From Azolla caroliniana (taxonomy: Eukaryota > Plantae > Polypodiophyta): a stretch of 64,000 nucleotides of DNA. A program made the position numbers and the translations under genes. Below the pieces are notes generated by a model. It was given only the letters and a program-made list of their open reading frames with translations. It was not told where the DNA came from and searched no databases. Below, in pieces: positions 25,484 through 38,880 of this stretch (position 1 is the stretch's first letter; each line of letters begins with the position of its first letter). Location: positions 7,006,001-7,070,000 of the forward strand of contig JBHGNT010000004.1 of NCBI GenBank assembly GCA_043228905.1, given 5' to 3'.

Positions 25484-26679
25484 ATTATGATCCTTATTTT
25501 CATGAACGCATGTTTGACCTAAGTATCACTAGCTGACTCAATCCTGGTGGTGTATCTCGTCTTAAAAGCCCTCTATCTCTGTTGTGTTACGCACCGTGTT
25601 GTGTATGACATGATATATACAGGTGTTTGGTGGTTCATCATTAGAACTATAGTAACCAAGATTCTGTTTTCTCATTTTGGTTTCTGATTCATTGTAATTG
25701 GCGGTGAGTCTTTTGATTTGTATATCTTTCATGATTATAAAGTACTACAGACTCTTCTGTCATGGTTTCGATAATATTTTTCTTATTGTATATGTATTAT
25801 ATGCATAGGTTATATGAATATCCATGTGTCAGTTATGATCGGATAGTGTTTTTTTTACAACGCTATAATAATTCTGTTAATGACATTAACTAATACAGGA
25901 ATTCATTCATTTGCTAATGAATGCAGTAGTGTCAGCCTGGTTAATCATTTGCATCGGTGTGATTGAAGCTTGTCTTACCGTTCTGTCTGTGTTAGTTACT
26001 ATTCTTGTTTAGATAGAATGGCTCATTGGTTATAATTTAAAATGAAACTCAACTGATAGAAGTTGGCGAAGTTTGCACTATTGTGTTGCAACTCCCCTCA
26101 AGCATGTGTTTCATGTTTTATTAGATATGTTTGTAGTACCTTACAATTGTTTGTGGTACTCTTTGCAAACAAAAACAGTGGTTTGTGAACTAACGCATTC
26201 AATGAACAGCAGTTGAAATCTTAAAAATAGAAACAGGAATGATGCGAAAAAAGGAGGGATATCTGAGATTAAGAGGTGAGAAAACAATGAAGACATTGTA
26301 CAGAGAATAGTGCATAGCTGCAATCTAATGGCACGTTAATTGTTGAAGTATTTAAATCCAGACAACATTCATCCAGCACAATTATTACTAGTAAAATTCC
26401 CCATCTCGTTTACCTAGTGTATACGTTTATTTCCCATCTTAAACCATGTAAGGATGCATTGCATTTGTATCAGCCTGATATCCATACCTTGCACTGCACA
26501 TGATTTAGGCAATAGGTGTAGTTCGTTCCTACCTTAAGCATGTAGGATATGCATTGTGTATGTGTATCATCCTGATCATGCCTTTCATTCCTTCCCCTTC
26601 TTTGCTGAAAGACACATGCATGCTAGAAAAACATTGTCTACCTGAAGTTAACTTATCACAAAGAAGGTTTATGAAACAA

Positions 26680-27095
26680 AGTTAAATATATAAACAGTAG
26701 TAACATTTAAGAGGTTGCCTCACATTAGCAAATATATGCTTCTTACTTGATTATGTTAAGAGCAAAATGAACTACCAAGCAAAAATACTGCACAGCTATA
26801 GCTAGAGACACAAAACGTCTATTGCACAAATAGATAATTAAAATAATTGCTGAGAATTTTGCACAATCCATAATTGAGAAATGACAGCACAGTAAAGGTT
26901 TACGACACAAAGTGCAATAGATAAAAGTTTCAAATATGTGCCTTCACATTAGCACATATATGCCTGTTACACGATCATGTTAGAGGAACAAAAAGAAACA
27001 TCTGAACAAAAATATTGGACAGCTATATAACTAGAGAAAAAAAATTGATTGTACAGAACTAAATTAAAATAATTGTTGATAATTTTGCACATTTC
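26680..27095. repeat. Old tandem duplication, period about 225 bp, between the convergent genes
   Basis: CACATTAGCA.ATATATGC...AAATAATTG.TGA.AATTTTGCACA occurs twice, diverged. Confidence 0.75.
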
Positions 27096-27442
27096 ATATT
27101 CAGATTCATTTCTCATACACATACATTATCCATATGTACAATCCGAACTGCAAAGAGAACACTTTCCAAACGTCACCCTGCTACAATAATTTGTTGGTTT
27201 CCTCTAAAAAATAACAAGAACCAGAATTCGATCCTTACGAACTGCATGGGTAAAGTGCATTATGTGTCACGGGACTTGAGGGTGACACTGTTACAATTTT
27301 GATGGGCAATAATAAGACTATGGCATGGCAAAAAGTTACTTCAGTCCAGTATTTATATTACTATGACCAAGAATGTATATACACAACCATTCAATTCAAC
27401 TCTGTACAAGATATAACCCTGCATTCACTCGTGAGTAAGAAT

Positions 27443-27816
27443 TTACAACCCAAAAAACCGAGGCTTCCTCGCCTCTTCACTTTCATCAAGCTGTGGCATA
27501 TATGCTGTTGTTTGAATCTCATCAGCGTTTCTGTCTTCCCTATGCTCAGTGGGCAATATGACAACCCTATCAGCATTCTTCATAAACCAATCAGAGAACT
27601 TAGGAGATGCTGTAAGTTCTTGCATGGCCTTTCTCGTATGTCGTTGCGTAAAGTTAGTCCATTCAGCTGGACTCATTTGCTTCTTTGAGGGCATCTTATG
27701 GAAAGATGAGTAATGATCCTCAATATTGTTCTTTAAATTAATTCTTGGTGGAGTCTCCTCTAATCTCCCTACATTTGAAGTATCAACTTTTAGTGCACCC
27801 AGATTACAAACGAAAT

Positions 27817-27851
<35 letters not shown>

Positions 27852-30800
27852 TCCAAAGTTTCACAAAGAAATTGACAATGGTTCTGACAAGAAGCACAAA
27901 AAGACTTCCTAAATTCATAAAGCATAGTAATCCCTCTAAACCCTCTCTGAACCTAGCTACCCACACTTCTAAGTTCTAACTAATAACAGTGGTAGAAACT
28001 GCTGACAAAACATTGTGCAATTATATGTACTGGAAAAACTGGCACATTCATAAATCGTCGAAGCTTATGAAATCTTTCATTTTGCATTTTGATATGTTGG
28101 AAACAGATATGAGCTCATTTCCAGAACCTGGGAACCATCATTTCTATTCTGTGCAGCTACTTGTAACAGTGATGGGTTTACTAAATTAATTGTGCAACAC
28201 CTTCCAAGACTGAACCCCAAATTGGCATTTGAGATTTTCCACCATTGTTGGCTGAGAAGGAATCTTGGGACATACTAGCACAGGACACCAAATAATTTAC
28301 ACTACATGGGCTTTTCCCCAATACATCCCAAAATCACTATCATGGGAAATTAACCACCATGAGCAGAACAGCGGAAACAGTTAGGAAAGCCCAACTCACA
28401 CACAAATTACAATGTCACAAAGAAAATCACAAGTTTATGGTTCTTACTGGAGAGAGTTGGTGAAGCTTGATGTGGTGATCTCATTTGAGATCTTAGGAGT
28501 GCATCATTTTTAGATAAGAATTCTGCCTTTGCAAACTGCTGAGAAGCTGTGCTGTTCAGCTTGCTTTTGAAACTGTAGCGCTTCTTGTTATAAAGATGCC
28601 TACATACAAATGCAAAGTTATCACATGCTCAAACAATCATTTTTAAAGACGAAAAAATGTGTGTATAATAAATATCACATTTAAACTTACTCTTGCACGA
28701 GTAATAGTAATCCATCACCGACATCCATTAAATCTTGGAAATGCAGCTTTTTGATGATCCAAGTTAAAGAGATCCCAAATATTAAAGCTATCATGGCAAG
28801 TAGAGGATCATGGGAACTCTGGGTAAACATGCAGATGAACAGAAAAAAATTATAACAGTATCTCGGTGGTTTTTCTATGAAATAGAAATCCACAGCCTAC
28901 CTGCAGGATCATAATGGAAGCTACTATACGAATGGCCCATTTTACAAATTGGGCAGTCCCAACATCAATTGTGCCATCTTCAGATAGTACCATCTTGCGC
29001 ACTCCCCAATATCCTAGCCATGCTCCCATCAGTGCTATGCCAACAATCACAAATATTGCAACCTAAAAATAAAATTCCCTGATTAAAAAAGGATAGCATA
29101 ATAAACATATGCTGTGAGCCTTCTCTCTTTATTTACAAGGATTTATAAGTTATCCTTTATATTTCCAAGAAATGAGTGCTACAGCCTACATTAGCATGTT
29201 ATTCCTGATACTGGTGGCCTTCTTCTCAAGAATATAAAAATAGTTAAAGCATTAAGCAAGCTAAGAAAGAACATAGAATGTCTCATTCACTGACATTTAC
29301 AATACTTTTTATAAATATGGTATTAGAAGTATTTCTTATGCAGGATTAATTGTTCATATAAAAACCTGGAACAAAATGATATCATGGAGATTTTTTATTT
29401 TTTTGATCATAATTATGTGAAGCATTTGGGGCAAATTGCAGGCACCCAAAGAGTAAATTTATTTGAACCATGACAGAACTGATTATTGAGCATACATAAC
29501 ATTCAAATCAGACCATTTTATTTTTTCTAACCATATTGTTACAACAATTGGGGCCCTTTTCTTTTTCTATAAGTTCAGTGCAAAATTCAATTAAAATTAC
29601 ACATGAGTTTCTTAAAATTATGTGCTTGCTTTGATTTTAAATTGAATTTGTCACACGTGCGAACAATTCAATTTAAGAAATGATCAACAATGAGGGTACT
29701 AGTGCACCAGTTGATTAAACCTCTTCTTAAGTTTGAAATTCAAACAAGTGAAGGCAAGGTTGCTTATAACTTACAGGGTTGTATGCCTCATTGCTTATAC
29801 CAATTTCTTCAAGAATAGATGATACCAAACCAGTAAAATAATGCAAAATAACTGTACCCATTCCAACCTGCCATTTAGTATTGTCAACAAAAGTAAACAA
29901 ATAATAGTAAGAAAGTAATAAAAGACAAAGTAAAGTTCCCAAACCACTGAGCCATATATGAGAATGTAAAGTGTACTCTTTCGTCCAGTGGGTAGGAGTT
30001 TCATGCCCTGAATAATAAGAAACCAAGAATGAGTAAAAGATGTAGACATAAACAAGGCCATGGTGTTATTTATGAGAATGTATGAATGGTAGAACTATTT
30101 GCCTGAAATAGAAGTATCAAGACAATCAGAAAAATCCCAAGCATCATAGCACTGCTGTAATAGAATGGCACCCAGCTGCTTATAACAGGAGCTACTAGCA
30201 AAAACACCAAACCACCAGCCAAAAAGACCAGTCGAAATGGCCAAAATTCTGCATCATCGTGTTGAATGAATGACGTTTCAAAGTTCTTTTAAGAGAATTT
30301 ATGAGGTTACCTGCAGAACAAGTATGATACCTTCATGAACAGAGACTTCCAATGGAAAATCTGTAATTGAATCTCGCATTCGTATATCAACATATTTTAT
30401 CTCAAAGGGAGACATTATTCCAGTCCAAGTTCCTTTTTCAAGAGACTGCCAATTCTCCTTCATGCATTTTCCCAGTCCCATCGATTCATTCCTACAAATA
30501 GAAAGAAAACATTATTACACGGCACTGTCAAAAACATTATTGACAAAGCGTCCTTACCCATGGAAACAAATATCAACTTTCTGAGAGTTCTGCAGTGAAC
30601 TCCTTGTTGATGCCTCAATCTTGACTCGAAATGAATGTGCATACTTTAACAAATTTCTCAGCCTAGAAACATTTGGTATACGCAAGCGTATACAAGATAT
30701 CAATTCACCATGCTTTACTCCCGGAGACATCTCAATGAATGATCCCATGGAATGTCGTACAGTTACAGAGGAGTCAAGCATAACATCTGCAAAATTCAAT

Positions 30801-33796
30801 CTCTCTCTCTCTCTCTCCCGTATTAAGATATGCAAGGTATGCAATGAAAACCCAGAGGAAAATAAATATCACTTCCTTTTTGCATGCTCAGCATATAAGG
30901 TAATTCACAAGAAGCAGGCCATGATAATTTAAGTGTCATACAATATCCACCAAGAGAGGTGAGCAAATATGTTAATGCCTTTTCTCACATAGAGTTTTTA
31001 CAACAGTGGTAAACCCCTTCTTAGGAAGGATTTACATACAAGATGACACGTTTATTTGGTCCCATAGTTCAAAGTTGGCCTTGTCGCGGACGACAAAAAT
31101 CTATAATATTCTCTATTGAGTTCCAGATGAATGGAAGATGTGACAAAATAGTTTGGAAAGAGGATGCATGAATAGAATCCTCCATGAATGAGGTTTTCTT
31201 TCATCACAGCTTGTGAAAGATGTGCAGGCTCACATTTCACACATTATTACATATGTCGCACCAAACTACAAAACCATATTCTTCGAGGAGGGAAACCAAA
31301 GTCATCAACAGATGTAGAGATTGTATGCATGACCTTAAGTTTAATATTGTACCAATGGTTTACGCTCTGATTACAATTTGGGTGAAATCTAATAAACTTT
31401 AATAGAGTTAAACATGAAGGGCAAAATGGAATATGAGACCAAACAAGAGATTACACCTTAAAATGCTGTCTCATCTTCGATAACAACAAACAAAAAGAAG
31501 TATAACTAAATTAGAACAGCCTAAGATACCAAAGAATCTCATTAACTGAGCACTTAACATTGTGACCTTAGGTGGACAGACTTTTGCCTTCGAAAGATCT
31601 CTAACATTGGTTGATCCAAGATGGGAGGTCTCCAAAATGATGGAAGTAGCTTCAATGTCAAGTGATAATGACCTTTATTTGTCGATAACAAGGAAGATAA
31701 ACCCCAATACTACAAAATCTAAAAAGGGCCAATACTTTCTTATCGATATCACCAGCCGAATCAGCCTAATAATAAAGTGAATTGTAATATTAAGGACTAA
31801 TTAAAAGTGACAGAAATAAAGTATCATGACCAGTTGATATAAATGAGAAATTCAGAAATTTAAGATCAACCACTACTCGGAAAAGATCATGCTAGAAACT
31901 CTGATAAAAGCCAATACTTTCTTACGACTATGGAAAGCAGAATCATCCTAAACAGTAAAGTGAAATGTAATATCGATGGTTAATTAAAAGTGCCATGAAT
32001 AACTTTTGTAATGTGAGTCTATTAGAGATAACGGAACCTTTTGTGCCCAATCACCTCATTTGGGACCACTTTATTGACCTGTTCCACACAGTCAAACCTT
32101 CACCAAGATACCAATTTTCAACAAAAATGGTCTCCATGCCCTCAGCATTGTGCCATGTCTTCCACGACTATTAAAGCATACCTCATTTCTTTGAAGTGGA
32201 AATGACTTTTTTGTATTTTTTTTGTTGTGTATGGGCTATATTTGGCATTCGAGATCCATCATATGGTGATGGATACAAGGCATGGGAAAGTGACATATTA
32301 ATTATCAAAAGTACATTACAATCATGAGCACAGGTTCCAAATAATGGTGACAGTTCGATTTGTTAATAGCAAATGCCAAGGATGTTTTTATTACCCACAA
32401 ATATTATATATCTACACAGTTTGAATCAACTTAAAGGTCAAATACACTGACTCATCACAAGAGATGATAGAGAGATAGTGTGAGCATGTGTGTATGTTTG
32501 TGCACATACCATTGTGTGCGTGCGCAGAGACAATATCGCTACTGGACAGACTAGTCACATGTAAAGAATGTTGCAGTTGGATATATTACTAGCATGTTGT
32601 TATAAGTTCATCAATATAACATACTCATCTACCAAAACTCTGAATTAATCAATTAGGCAATAAGTTGATCTAAGTATGAATCAGTAACTTGTATGGTTTT
32701 CTTTAAATAATGATTTTTATGCATCTGTATAAGTCATCACAATTTTTGAGCACCAAAAATTCAAAAATATGTGTCCAATTTTTTTTGAAACCTAATTATT
32801 TGTCAGTTTCTATTATGTGCAGTATAAGATCTCACACTTCTATATTTTTAAAAAGTTGAATTCGCCTAAAGACTTCAAAAACGACTGTCCATAATTCATA
32901 CACCGAATTTTCCATTTCTTTTGGACACCTAATTGTTCATGTTCTTCCATTCTGTGAAATATTTGTTCTTATGGTTTCTAGAGGGAAAGTTGAATTAACT
33001 AGGAGAACTCAAAATTATGTCTTGTGAACACCAATCAAGCAGCAATCGAACTAATGTATATGATTCCAGCCCCCCCTTCCCTTCCCGGCCCTCTCCACTT
33101 ACATTTCCTTTGGAATCTAACTTTTGCAGCTCTCCAAATTACGCAGTATAAGCTCGTATTATTCTACATTTTTGGAAAGCTCAATGGACCTGGGGAGTTC
33201 AACCACAAGTCTCTAGGATTTCATGGATCAAACAATGCATGTCTTTCAAAACATGAACAGTTTATGATTCATCGTTTCTGATGTAAATGTTCTACATTTG
33301 AAAGTTTATCTAAGGGTACTAGTCATGGAAAAGCATGGAATTCTCGAAGATTCCAAATAAATCCATGTTCATTTTCCTTCAGTTTTGGAAAGCTCGAAAT
33401 ATAATGCGGTTCTATTTATTTCAATCTAGAAGCTAAAGAATCTGCAAGTTTTTCACTCTTGAAAACTAGAAAGATCGAGCAAGTTCTTCATCCTTGAAAA
33501 CTAGAAAAATTCGAACAAGTTCCTTTTCTTCTTCACTCTTGAAAACCAGAAAAAATCGAACAAATTCTTTTTCCTCCAGTCTTGAAAATTAGAAACCTAA
33601 CAAGTCCTTTGTCCTCCACAGTGTGGTGCTAGAAGACCTACAGAAATTTTCAAACGAAAGACGTGTAAGAAAAATGATTACCTTGAATAAGAGGAGGAGG
33701 TGCGGGATCAGCAAGGAAAATGTCTTGGAAGGAGAAGACAGGGGCAGCGATGAGTAAGAGAAGCCATGAGAGATGGATCGAAAACCAGGGGGGCAT
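27443..33796 (-). CDS. PNET2: NEMP/DUF2215-family nuclear envelope membrane protein (PNET2-like); exons 33796-33682, 30786-30558, 30491-30331, 30248-30103, 30007-29945, 29867-29775, 29062-28901, 28818-28691, 28599-28448, about 27786-27443
   Basis: Signal-peptide-like start; VDICFHGNESMGLGKC, MSPFEIKYVDIR, WVPFYYSSAM, QGMKLLPTGRKS, GYWGVRK, VGTAQFVKWA, YSSFHK and LTASPKFSDW motifs; splice phases are consistent. The last acceptor is uncertain. Confidence 0.9.
30800..31290 (+). mobile_element. Old LINE 3' fragments in PNET2 intron 1, related to 22850-23649
   Basis: After (CT)n: ICKVCNENPEENKYHFLFAC and a degenerate tail near 31060-31100. 31215-31285 matches 23100-23170. Confidence 0.6.
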
Positions 33797-33945
33797 CGTT
33801 CCTTTTGTCTTCGTCCTCCTTCTTCTTCGTCGTGGAGCTACGAACAGACGAGAACAAACCCTCAGAAGTGAAGCTACGAACAGACGAGAACAAACTTCGT
33901 CGAAATTGCTTGCAGCAGAAGCAGCAAAGTGGGGGCTTTCATGCT

Positions 33946-34041
33946 GTACATACATACATACATACATACATACATACATACATACTTACACACATACATG
34001 CATACTACTTACATACATACTGATACATATATACATACATA

Positions 34042-34088
<47 letters not shown>

Positions 34089-34111
34089 TACATGTATGTA
34101 TGTATGTATGT
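33946..34111. repeat. (TACA)n, (CA)n and (TATG)n microsatellite block upstream of PNET2
   Basis: Direct reading. Confidence 0.95.
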
Positions 34112-34179
34112 AGACACACATTGTGTGTGTGCGTACATGCGTGAGGGCTTTATCATGTATTTTTTGTTCCATCCCCCCC

Positions 34180-34820
34180 TGTAACACATCCGATGTGTTG
34201 AGGGGTTACATGATTAGAACCACAACACCCACCTCGACGGATTGAGGTGAGTGCCTTTCTCAACGGATAGAGAAGGTGCCCATGACTCAAGGTAAGAGTC
34301 GTGGGCTTCTAAGTCTTTTCAATGGATGGAGAAGACACCTATGACCCAAGGTGTGAGGCATGGGTTGCACGTGTTCAATTGCCAAGGTGCACATGGGGAA
34401 TGTAACCTCTAGTGCATTCAATACCCCAAAGTACTCAAGTACCTTTGTGGGTGAAGGGAATCTCCCTATGCATTCAAATAATCCAATGGAGTCAAGTCCT
34501 ATGTGTGGGAATGGAATCTCCCTAGGCATTCAATAAACTTTAAATGTAGTCAAGTACCTGTGTGGGGGAATGGAATCTCCCTAGTGATTTGTATTTAATA
34601 CCATTATGATTGATATAGGGTACTGATGTACTATATGGGAGACTTATGAGAGAATAAAGAGGATCTTCTATATAAGTTGGACAAAGGGTGGTTGGGCGGA
34701 AGTTCAATGGATCCAAGTTCTCTCTCTTAGTCATTTATCCCCGTAGTCGAAGAGCATTGACACGCGAGTCCGAATCCGATCGGCGATCCATCCTTATCGC
34801 AAATTTTTGGTGGTGTTACA
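34180..34820. mobile_element. Solo LTR (641 bp) inserted in a poly-C run
   Basis: Perfect 8-bp inverted termini TGTAACAC/GTGTTACA; CCCCC on both sides; internal degenerate repeats of about 58 bp at 34390-34590. Confidence 0.85.
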
Positions 34821-34826
34821 CCCCCC

Positions 34827-37344
34827 CGTTAAGTGGGCAAGCTCAACAGAACCCAGATTGACTGAATAAGCCAGAGCCGAATCAATATATGGAACGGAGA
34901 ACCGGATAGGTGTCCAGATATATCGGTATTCGAAACCTAGAGTCGGACCGGAGAACCGGATCGTACTCCGAAATAGTAAGAACCGGTAGGCCATTGGAGC
35001 CTACGGTTCGAGCCTAGTACGTAAGCATATTCCTTGGAGTTATTGTTAGTAGCTTGTATGAGCATTGAAGTACATGTCAGTCCTTTTCAGGACTTGTATA
35101 AAAAGTGTTTTGTAGGACATTTGTATGTACATAGTGTTATTATTTTGAATTAAGTTTATGCTTGTTGAGAATCGAACTCAACTTCCCATAGAAATGGGTT
35201 TCACACTAGCTCATGGACATACCAACCTAGTATTGTAAATAGTAGAAAGGGCCCTTGCCCTAGTTTAGTTGGTATTTAAACCAACATTTTGTAACTTTGT
35301 TACTGTTGGAAGTAATACATAGTTTTCTCATCTTATGTGTCATAGACACACCAAGTGCGGACTAAGACGGAGCACGGATGATGAGGCTACGACGGAGCGA
35401 TGACGGAATGACACAAGAGCATAAAGATAGAGATGAAGATTAAGGAGAGAAGATGAGCGAAACAAGATACTAGATTGATATGTCCATGACTGGCGCTGAA
35501 TCCCTTCAAAGGGACCACGAAGGTTACAAGTATTTATACTATGAGTCGAAGTACATGTATTAGAATATTTAGGAGAATATTCAAGAGAATATTCTAGATT
35601 CTTCTAGTTCTAGAACTTTCTACAAACTACCAGAACTTGAAATAGATTCTCTACTAATAATCTAGGGACATGTATATAACATAACCATGTATTTGGATGT
35701 ATTGGTTAGAACATAACACTTTGACTATAATACAAATCGTCAAGAGTTCAAATCTTGGCATGATTGTTGTCATGTCTGTGACATTATGACTCTCTTTGTT
35801 TCTCATAAGTGCTCATACACACACACACACACACATTGTCCTGTTGCTACATACAATCACTCTCCTTTCTTTACATGGTATCAAAGCGTGTGGTTTTTTT
35901 ATCAAGACTAATTGACTATGGTGTTCTACATATTGACGATCAATAGAACCAGTCCAAGAAACAGAGAAGAAATCATCATGAATACTCAGATGGGAAGCGC
36001 TCTTCCTACGGAGAAGCTCGACGGGACAAACTTCGCATCTTGGTAGTACAAGATGCATCAGTACCTTGTCGAACAAGGATACTAGAGCTGTATTGAAGGA
36101 GTAATGCAGCCCAACCCAACACACGCTGACTATCCCGTTTTGAGAATCCTATATTTCAGGCTTGAAATATGCACATTGAGGTGCATTATGACTCCGTACA
36201 TGAACGAGTCCTCAATGGTGAAGTCGAACTTCGGTATGTTCGGACGAACCGACAAGTTGCCGACATTTTCACCAAGTCTCTTGGAACCGACAAGTTGCAA
36301 CACTTCTTGGAGATGCTTGGTATTCAACATCTCGACATGCCGCTCTTGAGGGGGAGAAAGGAGGAAATCAAAATGGGAATGAAAACCGCAAAAACAAGCA
36401 AAGGCATCGGACAATCAATCGTTGCGAAGGAAACAACCGAAATAGGGGGAGACAAGAAGAAAAAGGAAATCGAGATGACGGAAGAAGTCGGCACATCCAA
36501 GAAAGTCGGAACAAGCGGCAACGGCGGTAGAGTCAAGAAGGACAAAGCCGACCAAGGGAAGAAGGCCAAGACACGGACGTGGCCCGATGTTGTGAAGGGC
36601 CTGAAGACCAAGGACGAGGTGGAGACAACCAACTCGAATAAGAGCGAGAACGAATCGGAAACTGCCGATTTGGACGAGCTGAATCACTTGGAGGCCAAGC
36701 GAACAAGAAGGCCGCGTAAGTCAACACCGACACGGAGGAGTCGACGGGTTGACAAGCGTCGAAGTCACAACAATGGAGGAGCTAAGATGGGCCTGTTGAG
36801 CAGACAAGCCGACCGAGAAGGTCGAGGAGCGCGAGCAAGGCAGGAAGACACAAAGAGGAGCCGAAGGAAAGGAGTGGCAGACACTGACACCATGATCCGA
36901 CCTCATGTTGAGCTTGAGGGGGAGTGTTGAGCAGATAAGCTCACCGGATCCGGATTAGCTGAATAAGCTAGAGCTAGATCGGTATGCGGAACAAAGAACC
37001 ATATTGGTATCCGGAACCAAGATCCGCATCGAATTGTAACCGATAGGCCGTTAGAGGCCTACAGTCCTAGCCTAGTACGTAGGCATATTTCTTGGAGTTA
37101 GTGTCAGTCACTTGTACAAGCATTGAAGTACATGTCAATACTTCTGTTAGTCCTTTAATAGACTTGTATAAAAGTGCTCACTAAGCACATTGTATGTACA
37201 AAGTGATATTTTTTGAATTTGAGTATATATTGTTCTACTCTCTCTGTCTTTCCTGTGTACTCTCTATGTGTATTGAAGCTTCTTTTCTGTTAATATCCGG
37301 TGAAGTCAGTAAAGTCTTCACGCTTCCGCACTTTACTCTTTTCA
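34827..37344 (+). mobile_element. Chimeric copia remnant: partial B-family LTR (34827-35162), X-family 5' LTR (35163-35875) with Met PBS and gag start, B-family RNase H end and 3' LTR (36925-37344)
   Basis: LTR similarity to 5433-5866 and 1315-1709; PBS TGGTATCAAAGC 35876-35887; gag MGSALPTEKLDGTNFASW* from 35990; HIEVHY from about 36170. Confidence 0.8.
35338..35783 (-). mobile_element. Solo LTR (446 bp) related to the chromovirus LTR 444-881
   Basis: TGTCA...TGACA termini; TSD TTATG (35333-35337 and 35784-35788); shared GACTGGCG.TGAA motif; minus-strand TATAAATA at 35531-35538. Confidence 0.9.
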
Positions 37345-37829
37345 ATATGTATGACTGTGGTAGCCTAAGAGCAGTTGAAAAAGTAAAAATCTATTGGTAG
37401 AAAAAACAAAAGTCTATAAAAGATGCTACCGTAGTATTCTACACATGAGGATAAAAGTGTGAGGGTTAATCGAGAGTGTAAAGAAGGGATGATTATTTTT
37501 AATCGTAGGGATTGAGACAACTCACAAGGGCCAAGTGTGAACTTACTTGGGGGCCTTAGGTTTCGCTATAAATATGAGGCCTAGCTATCCTCATTAACAC
37601 ATTATTCGATTACAATGAGATTGTGATCTTACGGTGAGTGTGCGCCCAAGTACGACTCGATGCAATGGCGAGTGTCTGGAAGTCGTTCAAGGCTCAGGTC
37701 CAACTTGATCCCTTCACTCGGGGGTGGTCAAGTGGATCAACACCCTCTTTCTCTCTCTTTCTCTTTACTATCTATTTCCTTATTTTATGCTTACATCAGA
37801 AATCATCTCTAACAACTTAGACAATGTTG

Positions 37830-38640
37830 TAGTGCTACTATGCATAGTGAAGAACATTCCCCAAGATTCGGGGAGTTTGCTTGGTACTAAGCCAATCTTC
37901 ATGTCTTCTAAGATGTAATTGTTAGCAATAGTTACATCGTATTTGGCTGCCTCCCAAGTTGATAAGTAGGAAGGGACATCTTTTTCCTCCCGTTATCCAC
38001 ACATGTTAAACATAGTAGCTAAAGAATGAATTCTAGTTTTACCATCTTGAGGAGCATATAGTTCCTTTACTTTTGTCCACATTGTATTTGCAAATGTGAG
38101 TTTTTCGAATAACATCTTATTATTTTTCATCTTCATTTAGTATTATCTCCAATCTAACTCTTTTGTCCAATTTTTGTCACTCCTTTCATTCATCTGACTA
38201 TCGATTTTCAAGTTCTTGAGTAACACTAGTTATCACTTCAAAGAGTTCCTAAACATCAAGTAGAACCTTCATCTGAGTCTTCCATTTTTTGAAGTTTTTC
38301 TTCTTCAATTTGTCCAAGGTATACTTTCTACCTTGGAAGTATAACTTGGACAAATTGAAGAAGGAAGTATACTTTCTACTCTTCTACAATCAACTCTGTG
38401 ATATTATAATGCTTGCCTTAGGAATTTGTGCTTGATTGTAGAAATAGTGCACCCGTGAGATTTAGATCATGTAACTATGCTCTAATACAATGTATGGAAG
38501 ACTGAACCAAAGTAAAAGAAGAGTTGGAACAAAGAGGAAGAACATTTGATACAAATGTATAACAAGAAGAACTTTGTATTAAGAAGACTATTATAGTAAG
38601 AACTCGATGTAATAACTTAAATGTACAAAATACTCTCACA
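37830..38640 (-). mobile_element. Highly decayed LTR-element remnant
   Basis: Degenerate Met PBS (GCTCTAATACAA about 38479-38490) next to a TGT-starting segment; no clear ORF. Confidence 0.35.
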
Positions 38641-38753
38641 CCCTACGCACACTATATTTGATATGATGGGTAGGCGGAGACCTTGAAACTGTTACTTTGT
38701 CTTTTCTAAATATACTTATTGTAGCTGTTATTTTGTCTTTCTTTGTCCTCTTT

Positions 38754-38880
38754 TGCATGTTTGGGAAGAGATCTCCTCCTTCCATGGCCATGATGTTGCA
38801 GGTAAGGTAGGAGCTTTTCATCTTCATCAAGTGTCCATGGACCCTTTCTTTAAACTCACATTATCACAATAAGGAGTTCT
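38754..38880 (-). pseudogene. Orphan R2R3-MYB first-exon fragment
   Basis: RTPYCDNVSLKKG/PWTLDEDEKLLPYLQHHGHGRRRSLPKHA, with a 1-nt frameshift, no ATG, no GT donor and the second Trp lost. Confidence 0.85.

Noticed and set aside
31729-31992. Intronic duplication of about 180 bp, and short repeats at 33450-33600
   Set aside because: Diverged local duplications with no termini, TSD or structure suggesting function.
33650-34189. ORFs made of HT, VC, ER or SL runs here and at other (GA)n tracts
   Set aside because: They are translations of microsatellites; only 33682-33796 is a real exon.
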